Shown here one piece after another: positions 1-8,990 of a stretch of 64,000 nt of DNA (positions are counted from its first letter, which is position 1; every line of letters begins with the position of its first letter). The notes under the pieces were generated by a model. It did not search any database. It worked only from the letters and a program-made list of their open reading frames with translations, and had not been told where the DNA came from. A program made the translations under genes and the position numbers. Source of the stretch: Deltaproteobacteria bacterium (lineage in GTDB: Bacteria > Desulfobacterota > Binatia > UBA9968); contig JACPSE010000058.1 of assembly GCA_016193465.1 (NCBI GenBank), forward strand, positions 97-64,096, read 5' to 3'.

Positions 1-92
1 GTGCTCGCAGGAGCCCTCATGGTGGCTTCCCCCCTCTTTTCCCAAACTTTCTTTTTATATCGTCCCACGACCCTAAATGTCAACGAACAAAT
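1..92. repeat. copy 1 of a ~90 bp direct repeat (promoter, RBS and start of signal peptide); copy 2 at 1143-1234
   Basis: gtgctcgcaggagccctcatggtggcttcccccctcttt...tttttatatcgtcccacgaccctaaatgtcaa occurs at both positions. Confidence 0.9.
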
Positions 93-299
93 CTTCTTGA
101 CAGCTTTAGGGAAGTCTACAAAGACAAAATGGCTCTTGTGGTAAAGGTAGTCTTCGCCGCTTTCATCGACGATGCGCACTAAATCGTCCTGGGCAGCTCT
201 GGGATCCGGGAGAATCCGATAGACTTTGCCACGGATTAATGATGCCTCATAGACGGTATTATCGATGCACAGAGCAAAATGCTTTGTTAGCTGCTTCAT
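1..299 (-). CDS. small hypothetical protein (DESGEDYLY motif), open to the window edge and reading in frame into the start of a duplicated secreted-protein gene
   Basis: Manual translation from ATG 299: MKQLTKHFALCIDNTVYEASLIRGKVYRILPDPRAAQDDLVRIVDESGEDYLYHKSHFVFVDFPKAVKKICSLTFRVVGRYKKKVWEKRGEATMRAPAS. Not in the ORF track because no stop lies inside the window. Confidence 0.6.
   Translation of the reverse strand, partial: MKQLTKHFALCIDNTVYEASLIRGKVYRILPDPRAAQDDLVRIVDESGEDYLYHKSHFVFVDFPKAVKKICSLTFRVVGRYKKKVWEKRGEATMRAPAS
54..83 (-). promoter_or_regulatory. sigma70-like promoter TTGACA-N18-TATAAA
   Basis: Consensus-like hexamers upstream of the ATG at 20; same arrangement at 1196-1225. Confidence 0.55.
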
Positions 300-308
300 C
301 ACCCACCC

Positions 309-1162
309 TCAGTCAATTGGGCCAGGCGGAGGAGCTTCCCCTGGGGTCACCCTTCTTCCCTGGGGTGACCCGCCACCGCCACCACCAGCGGCATCCGGAT
401 TGGGTTCAAGATAGTTGCGGCGCAGCTCCTTGAGGGTCTGCTTTGGTTTATTGAAATAGAACTGAATCCCCGACTCAACCCTGTAGCGAGAACGGTTGTC
501 CACTGTAGCCCTAAACAGTTGGACCTCGACATTCTCCGTTGGCAAGAAAGCGAGGCCCAAAACCGGTCCCACCCCAGCCCCCTCAAGCGTACGCCGACCG
601 GCACCGGCAAAGGTATTCACCTGCAACCCCAGGACAAGCTCGAGATTATCCTTGCGCATGAAAGACGCTACGTCCACAGGAGCAAAGTAATGCAGCGTGC
701 TTTGAATTTGGTTAAAGCCAAATTCGACGCTTGTTCGCGATCTCTGCGGTGAGTTGATGTGCTGGGAGTACCACAAATTCAGATTCGCCTGATCGAAATA
801 GAGGGAAAGCGAAGGGCGGATGTGGACAAAATTGTTCTCTCTCAAGGTCCGATGTTGATAGCTCAAAAAGGCCCCAACTTTACCTGAGTTCCAACCGAAA
901 ATGGGACCCAAACTCAGACCGTACCGGCTCCCCCGCCCCCCAACATAATGTCCGATCCCCTGTAAACCAAATCTCTCAGTTAAGGGGACAACTCCGAGAA
1001 CTGACCCCCCCCTCTAGCGCCTGCCACCAAATCATGTTCTTTCTCTGCCCCACCAAAGACGGATAGTTTGCCCACGGCTTCAATACCCGCTGCATGGGCT
1101 ACTGGGACCAACAGGAAAACTAATATAAATGCCGTGAACAGCGTGCTCGCAGGAGCCCTCAT
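309..1162 (-). pseudogene. secreted, probably outer-membrane beta-barrel protein, frameshifted at or next to a G8 tract (1005-1012)
   Basis: Signal peptide MRAPASTLFTAFILVFLLVPVAHA. One extra base near the G8 run joins ORF 980..1225 to an open frame (SVLGVVPLTERFGLQGIGHYVGGRGSRYGLSLGPIFG) that continues into ORF 309..911. The sequence shows alternating beta-strand patterns. Confidence 0.7.
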
Positions 1163-1234
1163 GGTGGCTTCCCCCCTCTTTCCCGGAATTTTGTTTTTAT
1201 ATCGTCCCACGACCCTAAATGTCAATGAAAAATC
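1143..1234. repeat. copy 2 of the ~90 bp direct repeat
   Basis: Near-identical to 1-92. Confidence 0.9.
1196..1225 (-). promoter_or_regulatory. sigma70-like promoter TTGACA-N18-TATAAA
   Basis: Hexamers upstream of the AGAGGGGGG RBS and ATG 1162. Confidence 0.55.
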
Positions 1235-1317
1235 GCAGATGGTTTATTTAGTTCTGTTGTAGCGTTACCTGTGACCTTAGTTTCGGAAAATTTCGGATCG
1301 GGTTAGAGACCGCGCCC

Positions 1318-1665
1318 CTACTTCGTGTACCGCACCTCGAAGGTGGTGCACCCATCAGGTGATTTCCAGGGGCCATGCGGCATCCCCGGGGGGCGACAGG
1401 CATATTGTCCTGCCCTGAACTCCTTGTTCAGCGTAAGGTCAAAGATGCTGCCTTCCACAATGTAGACTTCCTCCCAGAAGTCATGCGTCAATACCCCGTT
1501 CGCTGTGGTATCACAGCCGGGTTCGAACCGTAAAATGCGCGTATAGTCACCAGTGTTAGGATCGCCGCTCAGTATGCGCTCGCGAAGGCCTGTACATTTG
1601 CTGCCCGGGACCGCGCGCCACGGCTTGCTGGTGACGGCAAAAAACTCCAGTTCTTCCTTGTTCAT
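1318..1665 (-). CDS. cupin domain protein (ChrR-like)
   Basis: HDFWEEVYIVEG and RPPGMPHGPW cupin motifs; GAGG RBS. Confidence 0.85.
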   Translation of the reverse strand: MNKEELEFFAVTSKPWRAVPGSKCTGLRERILSGDPNTGDYTRILRFEPGCDTTANGVLTHDFWEEVYIVEGSIFDLTLNKEFRAGQYACRPPGMPHGPWKSPDGCTTFEVRYTK

Positions 1666-1752
1666 CTATTCACCCTCCTCGCGGCTCCTATGAAACACAG
1701 CGATGGATAGAGGAAATTTTCAGGATGCGTCAGCCCGACGGACCTTGCAGAG

Positions 1753-2220
1753 TCAACAGGCTTGCAAGATTTTTTCTATCTCCTTTTTGGCCCGCTGCGC
1801 TTGAGCGACATCCACGCGTCTTTCAAAAATTGGGAAAAGTTCGCGCTCCTCACGACGGATGTGGCGCTCCAGGAGGTCGCCGAGATCGAAGAGAGTTTTG
1901 GACAAAGCCTTCTTCTCCCCCAGACCTGCGACCTGCCTACGGATCTGTTGATGCTCCTTGATAAGATCCTCAACCATTTGCTGGCTCTCGGATGCGCAAG
2001 AATTAATGATGGGAAAGAGGACCTCTTCTTCAGCGCGAAAGTGGCGCTCGAGGTTTTTGGAAAAAAAATCCTTTACCTCTTTGGCCCTCTCCTCGAATCC
2101 CTCCCTTCCCACAGGCTTGATTTGACCCAGGGCCTGCTTGCGGCACCTCAGCGCCAAAGCCAGCCCCTGGTGATGGTCATGCGAAAGGGGTATCAAACTC
2201 GGATGTCGCATCGCTGACAT
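1753..2220 (-). CDS. hemerythrin-like (HHE cation-binding) domain protein
   Basis: RHPSLIPLSHDHH, HFRAEEEVLFP, EH, HIRREERELFP motifs. Start uncertain; the ORF extends to 2259. Confidence 0.85.
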   Translation of the reverse strand: MSAMRHPSLIPLSHDHHQGLALALRCRKQALGQIKPVGREGFEERAKEVKDFFSKNLERHFRAEEEVLFPIINSCASESQQMVEDLIKEHQQIRRQVAGLGEKKALSKTLFDLGDLLERHIRREERELFPIFERRVDVAQAQRAKKEIEKILQAC

Positions 2221-2292
2221 CAGTTTATGTAAAAAACTGGACGAGAGCGGCTTTATCAACCGACTCTATCAGGGATGGTAAGAAGAATCATC

Positions 2293-2637
2293 CTACCGGG
2301 AGCGTCGGCGTCTCGCTTTTTCCTTGGGAGCGGCCGCGTCGGGAAACTGAATGCTGATGCTGTGAACCTGATCGGCAAACTTGTCCGCCAGACGGCCTAC
2401 CAGAGCGCTCACCAGCCTCCACTCCGTACCGGGTCTTCGTGGGCTAAGAAACTCGCAACTGATAACCCCTGCGGCATAGGACCATTTGATCCAGCCGGAA
2501 TAATTGGGGTTGCGGTGGGTAATTCTCTTTCCGTACCTCGTCGCGATGAAGGTGCGAAGCTCGCCCGAGCGCATGGCATCGATGAGCGTTCGGTAAAGGT
2601 TAACGCCGTGACGCTCGACAATCTGAAGCCTGATCAT
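2293..2637 (-). CDS. hypothetical protein
   Basis: 114 aa ORF with GGAGG RBS, co-oriented with its neighbours. Confidence 0.65.
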   Translation of the reverse strand: MIRLQIVERHGVNLYRTLIDAMRSGELRTFIATRYGKRITHRNPNYSGWIKWSYAAGVISCEFLSPRRPGTEWRLVSALVGRLADKFADQVHSISIQFPDAAAPKEKARRRRSR

Positions 2638-2666
2638 TTTATCCCTCCCTGTGATGGGGGCGCTTC

Positions 2667-3842
2667 TCAGACAACTCCCAGCCCTTTGAGCTTTGCGATC
2701 GCTTCCTGGCTGTATCCGAGAGCGCCCAGCACCTCGCCTGTATGTTCGCCCAAAATCGGAGGCGGCACGTTCATCCTGGCAGGGGTGCGGCTGAGTTCGA
2801 CGCCGCTTCCTACCAGCTTCACCTTCCCCATCCGGGGGTGCTCCACCTCGATCGGGAAGCCGTACTCCCGCACCTGCGGATCCTCAAAGACCTCCCTCAG
2901 CGTGTTCAGCGGCGCAGCCGGGACATCGCGCTCTTGCAGGCGTCGGAGCCATTCTTTCCGCTGCCCACCGCGAAAGACCGATTGGAGCTGCTCGGAAAGC
3001 AAATCATAGTTTTCGAATCGGCCCTTGCGGTCACTAAAGCGCGGATCGTCCGCCCATTCCGGTTTGCCAACAACATCCAGAAGACCACGCCAAAATTTCT
3101 CCGGCGAGGAGAGGTGGATCACAAACGGGAGCCCATCCTTATCAACGAAGGCGAAGACGCCCGCCGTCCTGGTGCGGTAGGCCCGGCGCGGGACCACTCC
3201 GGTCTCGAAGTAGCGCGCGGCATTCTCGCTGACGAAAGCGACGGTGGCGCGCAGGAGCGAAGTTTCGACTCTCTGTCCTTCCCCGGTCATCAGCCGGTTC
3301 ACCAAGGCAGCCAGAATTCCGTAGCAGGCGTAGATCCCGGTGAGATGATCGGAGAAGGATATCCCCATGCCCTGAGGCTTCTCCGGGTCGGTGAGCAGAC
3401 TCAAAAGCCCGCTCATGGCCTGGCCGATGGTATCGTATCCAGGCAGATCGCGATAAGGGCCTTTCTGGCCAAAGCCGGAGATGGAGCAGTAGATGATTTT
3501 CGGGTTTAGCGCCCGCGCCGCATCGTAGCCGAGGCCTCTCTTTTCCAGCGTCCCCGGACGAAAATTCTCGATGACGATATCAGAGTCGGCAGCCAGCTTA
3601 AGAAAAATGTCCCGCCCTTGATCGTGACGGATATCCAGGGTCACGCTCCTCTTGTTGCGATTTAGACTACAAAAAGTCCCAGAGTAGAGCTTCTCCCCCC
3701 AACCGCGAAACGGATCTCCCTGTCCCGGCTGCTCCACTTTGATAACGTCAGCGCCCATGTCGGCCAGGAGCAGGGAGGCAAATGGCCCGGTAACATAGCT
3801 TGCAAGCTCAAGAATGCGGATTCCTTCGAGGGCGCCGTTCAT
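2667..3842 (-). CDS. CoA transferase family III (CaiB/BaiF)
   Basis: LLADMGADVIKVE, NRNKRS, ENFRPG, SISGFGQ and GYD motifs. Confidence 0.95.
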   Translation of the reverse strand: MNGALEGIRILELASYVTGPFASLLLADMGADVIKVEQPGQGDPFRGWGEKLYSGTFCSLNRNKRSVTLDIRHDQGRDIFLKLAADSDIVIENFRPGTLEKRGLGYDAARALNPKIIYCSISGFGQKGPYRDLPGYDTIGQAMSGLLSLLTDPEKPQGMGISFSDHLTGIYACYGILAALVNRLMTGEGQRVETSLLRATVAFVSENAARYFETGVVPRRAYRTRTAGVFAFVDKDGLPFVIHLSSPEKFWRGLLDVVGKPEWADDPRFSDRKGRFENYDLLSEQLQSVFRGGQRKEWLRRLQERDVPAAPLNTLREVFEDPQVREYGFPIEVEHPRMGKVKLVGSGVELSRTPARMNVPPPILGEHTGEVLGALGYSQEAIAKLKGLGVV

Positions 3843-3922
3843 GTTTGATGCCTGTCTCCTTTCTTTCCCTTTACCCTTCCTAACTTTTACCGGGCAAAAA
3901 AGTCAAGGGCATGCCTTACAGG

Positions 3923-3973
3923 ATCTCAGATCGCAAATTTCAAATCTGAAATCTGAGATGTGAAATTTGAGAT
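3923..3973. repeat. imperfect palindrome of 7-mer tandem repeats (ATCTCAG/ATTTCAA type)
   Basis: atctcagatcgcaaatttcaaat...atctgagatgtgaaatttgagat. Confidence 0.7.
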
Positions 3974-3990
3974 TCCGAGCATAGCGAGGA

Positions 3991-6909
3991 TTATTGGATG
4001 GAGTACGGCAGCTCGAAGGTAAAAGTCGAGCCCTTCCCCGGTTGGCTCTCGACCTTGATGTGACCCTCCATCATCTCCAGGTATCTTTTCACAATGTTCA
4101 GCCCCAGGCCGACCCCGCCGTAGCTGCCGGTGTGCGCTTCTTCTAGCTGATGAAACTGCTCAAAAATCTTGTCCCGGTCCTTGAAAGCGATGCCAATCCC
4201 GGTATCCGCCACGCTGAACTCGATCCGATTTTTGCCTTTAAGGTCTCGAACCCGCACCTCGATGCTACCCTGGGGCGTAAACTTAAAGGCGTTGCCGATC
4301 AAGTTCTGCAAAATCTCCTCGATCTTCAAGGCGTCCGTTGTCATCGGAGGGAGATCGGGTTCCACCTCCCACAGCACCTTCAGGCGGCCATTTCGATTGA
4401 GCTGCTCCACGTAACCTCTGGTGTGCGCGATGATCTCATCTACGTGAAACGTGGAGACGTTCAAGGAGGCCTTTCCCGCTTCCACCTTGGTGACCGTCAA
4501 TACGTCATTGATGAGTTTGAGCAGGGTCTCAGAATAATACAGGATCTTCTCCAGAGCGCTCCTTTGCTTGGCGCCGATATCGCCAAACATGCCATCTCTC
4601 ATCAGATCGGCGTTGCCAATAATGACATTAAGAGGAGTGCGCAATTCATGCGACATGGCTGCCAGAAAATCCGCCTTCGCCTGATTGGCCGTTATAAGCT
4701 CAATGTTGGTTTTTTCTAGCTCTAAAGATTTCTGTTTTGTCTGATAGAAGAGGTTGGCATTTTCCACGCCCACGCCGATCTCGTTGGCAATGGACCCTAT
4801 CAACTCTAGCTCCTCCGGAGAAAAACGGCGTCGGAAATAGTTGGCCAGGTTTAAGACTCCGACGATCCTTGCCCTAGATTTGACGGGAAAATTGTACAAC
4901 GTTCGGAAGCCGAAGGACTGCGCCCTTCGTCCCGCAGTTACCTGAAGATAGGCGGGGTCTGTCTGGATATCTTCATAAACCAACGGTTCCCCACTCTCTA
5001 TCACCCTTCCCATACTCCCCGTGCCTATCCCCCGCCGGTATATGGCGCGGACAAACTCATCGCTCAAACCCTTGTGGGCCCTGAGATGCAGCTCCTGACC
5101 TGAGGGATCCGCCACGTATATCCAGGCGGCGTCAAACGCCAAGATCTCGCACACCTTGTCCACGCTCTCTCTTAGGATAACGTCGAGCTCCAGAGATTGG
5201 TTCACGGTGGCCGCGATGGTATGGAGAGCGGAAAGTTGCTGACTTTTTTTCACCGCCTCCTCATAGAGACGGCTATTTTCGATAGCTACGCCAATCTCAT
5301 TGGCTACAGAACTGATCAACTGGACCTCGCTCGGGAGAAAAGAACGGGGAACAAGGTTCATGAGGTCCATCGTTCCCAGCACCTTTCCCTTCACCTTGAT
5401 CGGCAAAGAAGCCAGAGCGCGATAGCCAGCCTGCTTCGCCAGTCCGCTATAAGCAATCTGCTCATAGCGCGGATCGGTCTCTATATCCTCGAACAAAAGG
5501 GCTTCCCCGCTCTCCGCAACCTTGCCATTAATCCCCTCGCCTATTCTGTAGACGGAAAGCTGCATTCCGGCCTCTCCCGCAAACCCTTGGGAGGCCTTCA
5601 ACAGTAGTTCTTTTCTCTCTGGATCCAACAGATGGACGCGGCCTGCGTCAAAGCGAAGGACCTCCAGAACCTTTCTCAGCGCCGCGCTAAGGACACTGTT
5701 GATATCAAGGGACTCGCTAACACTAACCGTCACGTCATAAAGGGCTGAAAGCTCGCTGGTGCGTTGCTCTACCTTCTGCTCCAAAGTCACATGGGAAGCC
5801 TGAAGCTCCCCTGCCATCTTGTTAAACTCCCGGGCTAACTGCTCAATCTCATCCCCCGTCTTGATTTCCACACGATGATGGAGGTTGCCGTGACCAATGA
5901 CCTCGGCGCCGCGATGCAGCTCCGAAATCGGCCTGGTGATTCTGTTGCTGACCCATACAATGATGAGCGCCCCAATCAACACTCCGATACCTAATAGCAG
6001 AAGGGCGTAGCGCTCCATCCTTTTGAGTTCGCTCAAGGCTGCTGCAACAGGCTCTTCTAAAACGACCGCCCAGCCTAGCCCACCCACTGGAGCGAAAGTG
6101 GCAAGCACAGGCTCCCCAGTAATCCCCTGGCTTTCATAAGCAGGGGTAGGGTCTGGAGATGTGGGATTGCTGAGAAATTCCTGAACCGCATGGAGGTGAC
6201 TCAGATTCGTTCTTTTTAGGACCAGTGAGGGATCTCTATGGGCGATGAGATTTCCCCGACCATCCACAAGATAGGCATAGCCGGCGCGACCGAACCCAAT
6301 CTCTCCGATCACCTCCCAGAGGATTTTCAGATTGGCCTCCACAGAAACCACGCCGACCACCTCCTGAGGAGTAACCCTCAGCGGGACCGAGATGGTCACA
6401 TAAGGCTCCGCTTTATCGGACGTGTAGACCGGACTGATATAGTGCTCCCCCTTTATCGCACTCTTGAATTTAGCGGAATCGCTTTGATCGGCAAGCTCTC
6501 CGGGAAGATAGACTCTACGCTCCGAAACCTTTAGTACTTCCAACCCCTTTCCGTCCAAAACCGACACGTCGGTAAACGCCCTATCGTTCTTTAGCAGGAG
6601 AAGGGCAAGCAGCCTCTGCTCTTTCCCTCCCAGCTCATAAAGGGTCGCAGAGGCGGAGAAATCGAGCAGACGCTCCGCCTTCCGCCGGATGAAGTCCTCG
6701 ATCTCGCGAGCAACCCTGGAGGCAACCTCTGTCTGAAGCTCAGCGGCTTCTCTCTTGATTAGCCTTCGGGTGTACATGGAGCCGGCGAGGGTATTCACAA
6801 TCAGAGCTATTCCCAGAAGGGTAAGGCCCCATATCAGCAGCCGGCGGCGGATACCACCGCTTCGGCGAGAGAACAACTGTGTTATTTTGCCCAACTCCAA
6901 TTTCTTCAT
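3991..6909 (-). CDS. membrane sensor histidine kinase (Cache-HAMP-GAF-GAF-HisKA-HATPase)
   Basis: Two TM segments, HAMP (GDEIEQLAREFNKM), two GAF repeats, H-box MSHELRTPLN, N box (NAFKFT), G boxes (DTGIG, GVGLGL). Confidence 0.95.
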   Translation of the reverse strand: MKKLELGKITQLFSRRSGGIRRRLLIWGLTLLGIALIVNTLAGSMYTRRLIKREAAELQTEVASRVAREIEDFIRRKAERLLDFSASATLYELGGKEQRLLALLLLKNDRAFTDVSVLDGKGLEVLKVSERRVYLPGELADQSDSAKFKSAIKGEHYISPVYTSDKAEPYVTISVPLRVTPQEVVGVVSVEANLKILWEVIGEIGFGRAGYAYLVDGRGNLIAHRDPSLVLKRTNLSHLHAVQEFLSNPTSPDPTPAYESQGITGEPVLATFAPVGGLGWAVVLEEPVAAALSELKRMERYALLLLGIGVLIGALIIVWVSNRITRPISELHRGAEVIGHGNLHHRVEIKTGDEIEQLAREFNKMAGELQASHVTLEQKVEQRTSELSALYDVTVSVSESLDINSVLSAALRKVLEVLRFDAGRVHLLDPERKELLLKASQGFAGEAGMQLSVYRIGEGINGKVAESGEALLFEDIETDPRYEQIAYSGLAKQAGYRALASLPIKVKGKVLGTMDLMNLVPRSFLPSEVQLISSVANEIGVAIENSRLYEEAVKKSQQLSALHTIAATVNQSLELDVILRESVDKVCEILAFDAAWIYVADPSGQELHLRAHKGLSDEFVRAIYRRGIGTGSMGRVIESGEPLVYEDIQTDPAYLQVTAGRRAQSFGFRTLYNFPVKSRARIVGVLNLANYFRRRFSPEELELIGSIANEIGVGVENANLFYQTKQKSLELEKTNIELITANQAKADFLAAMSHELRTPLNVIIGNADLMRDGMFGDIGAKQRSALEKILYYSETLLKLINDVLTVTKVEAGKASLNVSTFHVDEIIAHTRGYVEQLNRNGRLKVLWEVEPDLPPMTTDALKIEEILQNLIGNAFKFTPQGSIEVRVRDLKGKNRIEFSVADTGIGIAFKDRDKIFEQFHQLEEAHTGSYGGVGLGLNIVKRYLEMMEGHIKVESQPGKGSTFTFELPYSIQ

Positions 6910-7880
6910 TACTGCCCGATCACTTCATCCGCCCGCAAGAGAATCTCCCTGGGAATCTTGAGGCCGATGGCCTTCGCCGTCTTGAGATTGATCGCCAGGG
7001 TCAGCTTGAAGGGCTGCTCGATGGGAAGATCCGCCGGCTTAGCCCCCTTGAGAATTTTGTGCACCAGCGCCGCCCCCTGTTGCCCAAGGGCGAAGTAATC
7101 CGGCGCGTAGGTAGCCAGTGCTCCTCTCCTCACATTAATGACGAGAGTAGTAATCACCGGGAGCTTCTCTTTAATAAAGTGCTGAACGACGACGTCAAGA
7201 TTCTTGGTAATGGTTAGATCCGGTGGGAGCAAGATGGCATCTGCCTGCTTTCGAGTCATCGTGCTAATGACCTGCCCCAAGTCGTCTCGGCTCGAAGCGT
7301 TCACTTCTTTAATGGCGAAGCCCATCTTTTTCCCCGCTTCCCGAACCGCAGCCAGATTCTCTCTGTAATTGACCCCCTGAGGGTTGTTTAAAGATACCAA
7401 TCGCTTGACCTTCGGTGCTAGCTCCTTAAGCAATTCCATCCGCTTTGCGGTAAGGTCCAAAGAGGCAGAGCTGATGCCGGTCATGTTATTGCCGGAGCTG
7501 GCGTAGCTTTGAACAAACTCCAGAGGATTCCCGGCGCTGAGAAACACTACCGGAAGATCTGTTCCCTTTGTCAACTTAGCTACTGGCACCGTAGCAGCGG
7601 TAGAGGATGTAACGATTAAATCGGGCTTGGCCTGGACCAATTTCCGAGCCAGCTTTTGAATATTATCTTGACCCCCCTTGGCATTATGAAAAGCATAAAG
7701 GATATTTTTCCTCTCTGTATGGCCCAGCTCTGCCATTTTTTTCTTGAATCCATCGAAGGCAGGGATGAACTGATCCTCGGCCACCAAGGCGCCGATGTGG
7801 TAAATTTTTTGGGCGCCGGCCTCTGGCACACCCATCGAACAAACGAGCAACGTGAAAACAAAAACCAGTGCACGCTTCAT
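6909..7880 (-). CDS. periplasmic solute-binding protein (ABC_sub_bind family)
   Basis: Signal peptide; NMTGIS, KRMELLKELAP and KILKGAKPADLPIEQP..LAINLKTAKAIGL motifs. Its stop overlaps the kinase start (TAATG). Confidence 0.92.
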   Translation of the reverse strand: MKRALVFVFTLLVCSMGVPEAGAQKIYHIGALVAEDQFIPAFDGFKKKMAELGHTERKNILYAFHNAKGGQDNIQKLARKLVQAKPDLIVTSSTAATVPVAKLTKGTDLPVVFLSAGNPLEFVQSYASSGNNMTGISSASLDLTAKRMELLKELAPKVKRLVSLNNPQGVNYRENLAAVREAGKKMGFAIKEVNASSRDDLGQVISTMTRKQADAILLPPDLTITKNLDVVVQHFIKEKLPVITTLVINVRRGALATYAPDYFALGQQGAALVHKILKGAKPADLPIEQPFKLTLAINLKTAKAIGLKIPREILLRADEVIGQ

Positions 7881-7918
7881 TTTAACGTGGCCTCCCTAAC
7901 AGCGTATTTGTGCACGCC

Positions 7919-8908
7919 CTAGCCAGATTCGGCGAAGAGCGCCTTGCCAGCCTGGCGGAGCATTTCGATCCCCCGAACCTCCTGGTCAAAGAGCGGGACT
8001 ATGGCCCGCACCGACCGGTCAAATTTTTCCCAGATGGTTTTCATGTGCTCGTCCTGCATCTGAATCCTGTTGCGCACAAAATCTGGGACCTTTTCCCCAA
8101 GGGCCTGCCGATCTAGCAGCATGTTGACCACCACCCCCCCCACCGGGATGCCGAATTCATGGAACCAGCCGATGAACCGGGTAATGACCGCGATCGGGAG
8201 GGCCTCGGGCAGGGTAACGAAAAAGAAGGCAGTTTTCTCAGCATTCGTGAGGCGCTCGCGGGCCTGTCCCATCCGCTGACGAAACTGCAGCAGATAGGCG
8301 AGAAGGGGGTCCTCCTCTTTTTTCTTTGTGAAGGAGAGCATCTCCCGGAGCGTTCGCGCCTCCTCCCGCGACTTGAGCATCTTGTCCACCCACAGAGAAT
8401 AGACCTTGGACATCCCCAGAAGCCGGCGGGCATTGGCTGTCGGCGCAGTGTCGAAGACATAGACGTCGTACTCGTCCTTGAGCATGAGGTCCACCATGTT
8501 TTCAAACATCGCGGACTCTTCGAAGGCGGGGTTCATTGTGGCGGACTCCACAAAGTCCTCAGCTTTTGTGCTGATGTCGGCGAACTTGAGAAACCATTGG
8601 ATTTTTTCCCGAATCTCTTTCTTCGACCGTTCTATGGTCTCCCTGGTGTCGATCTCATACGCCGAAAGCAGATCCACTCCCTTGACTGGTGTGGGCGCGC
8701 CAAAAACCGATTGCTCCAGGAGTCCGGAAAGACTGTGGACGGGATTGGTGGATGCCAGGAGTGTCCGCTTTCCCTGCCCTGCGAACCAGATGGCCGTGGC
8801 GCCTGCCAAGGCGGTCTTGCCGACACCCCCCTTACCGCCAAAAAAAACATACTTTAGAGCGAGGTGCTCGCGGAAAAATTGCGCCATGGATGTCGTGATT
8901 TCCCTCAT
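7919..8908 (-). CDS. ArsA/Get3/TRC40-family ATPase, copy B (degenerate switch I/II)
   Basis: Deviant Walker A GGKGGVGKT; STNPVHSL; DTAPTAN; no cysteines. Confidence 0.93.
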   Translation of the reverse strand: MREITTSMAQFFREHLALKYVFFGGKGGVGKTALAGATAIWFAGQGKRTLLASTNPVHSLSGLLEQSVFGAPTPVKGVDLLSAYEIDTRETIERSKKEIREKIQWFLKFADISTKAEDFVESATMNPAFEESAMFENMVDLMLKDEYDVYVFDTAPTANARRLLGMSKVYSLWVDKMLKSREEARTLREMLSFTKKKEEDPLLAYLLQFRQRMGQARERLTNAEKTAFFFVTLPEALPIAVITRFIGWFHEFGIPVGGVVVNMLLDRQALGEKVPDFVRNRIQMQDEHMKTIWEKFDRSVRAIVPLFDQEVRGIEMLRQAGKALFAESG

Positions 8909-8920
8909 CTCTCCCGCTCA

Positions 8921-8990
8921 GTTCAAATGGTTCAAAAAGTTCAAATCGTTTAAACCGTTCGAACGGCTTGAACGTCTTAAACTACTTGAA
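8921..8990. repeat. palindrome of 9-mer tandem repeats (GTTCAAANN / NNTTGAAC)
   Basis: gttcaaatg gttcaaaaa gttcaaatc gtttaaacc gttcgaacg gcttgaacg tcttaaact acttgaa. Confidence 0.8.

Noticed and set aside
1723-1758. Cys-UGA at the end of the hemerythrin gene as selenocysteine
   Set aside because: The domain is already complete and the read-through sequence looks unconserved; an ordinary stop is the simpler reading.
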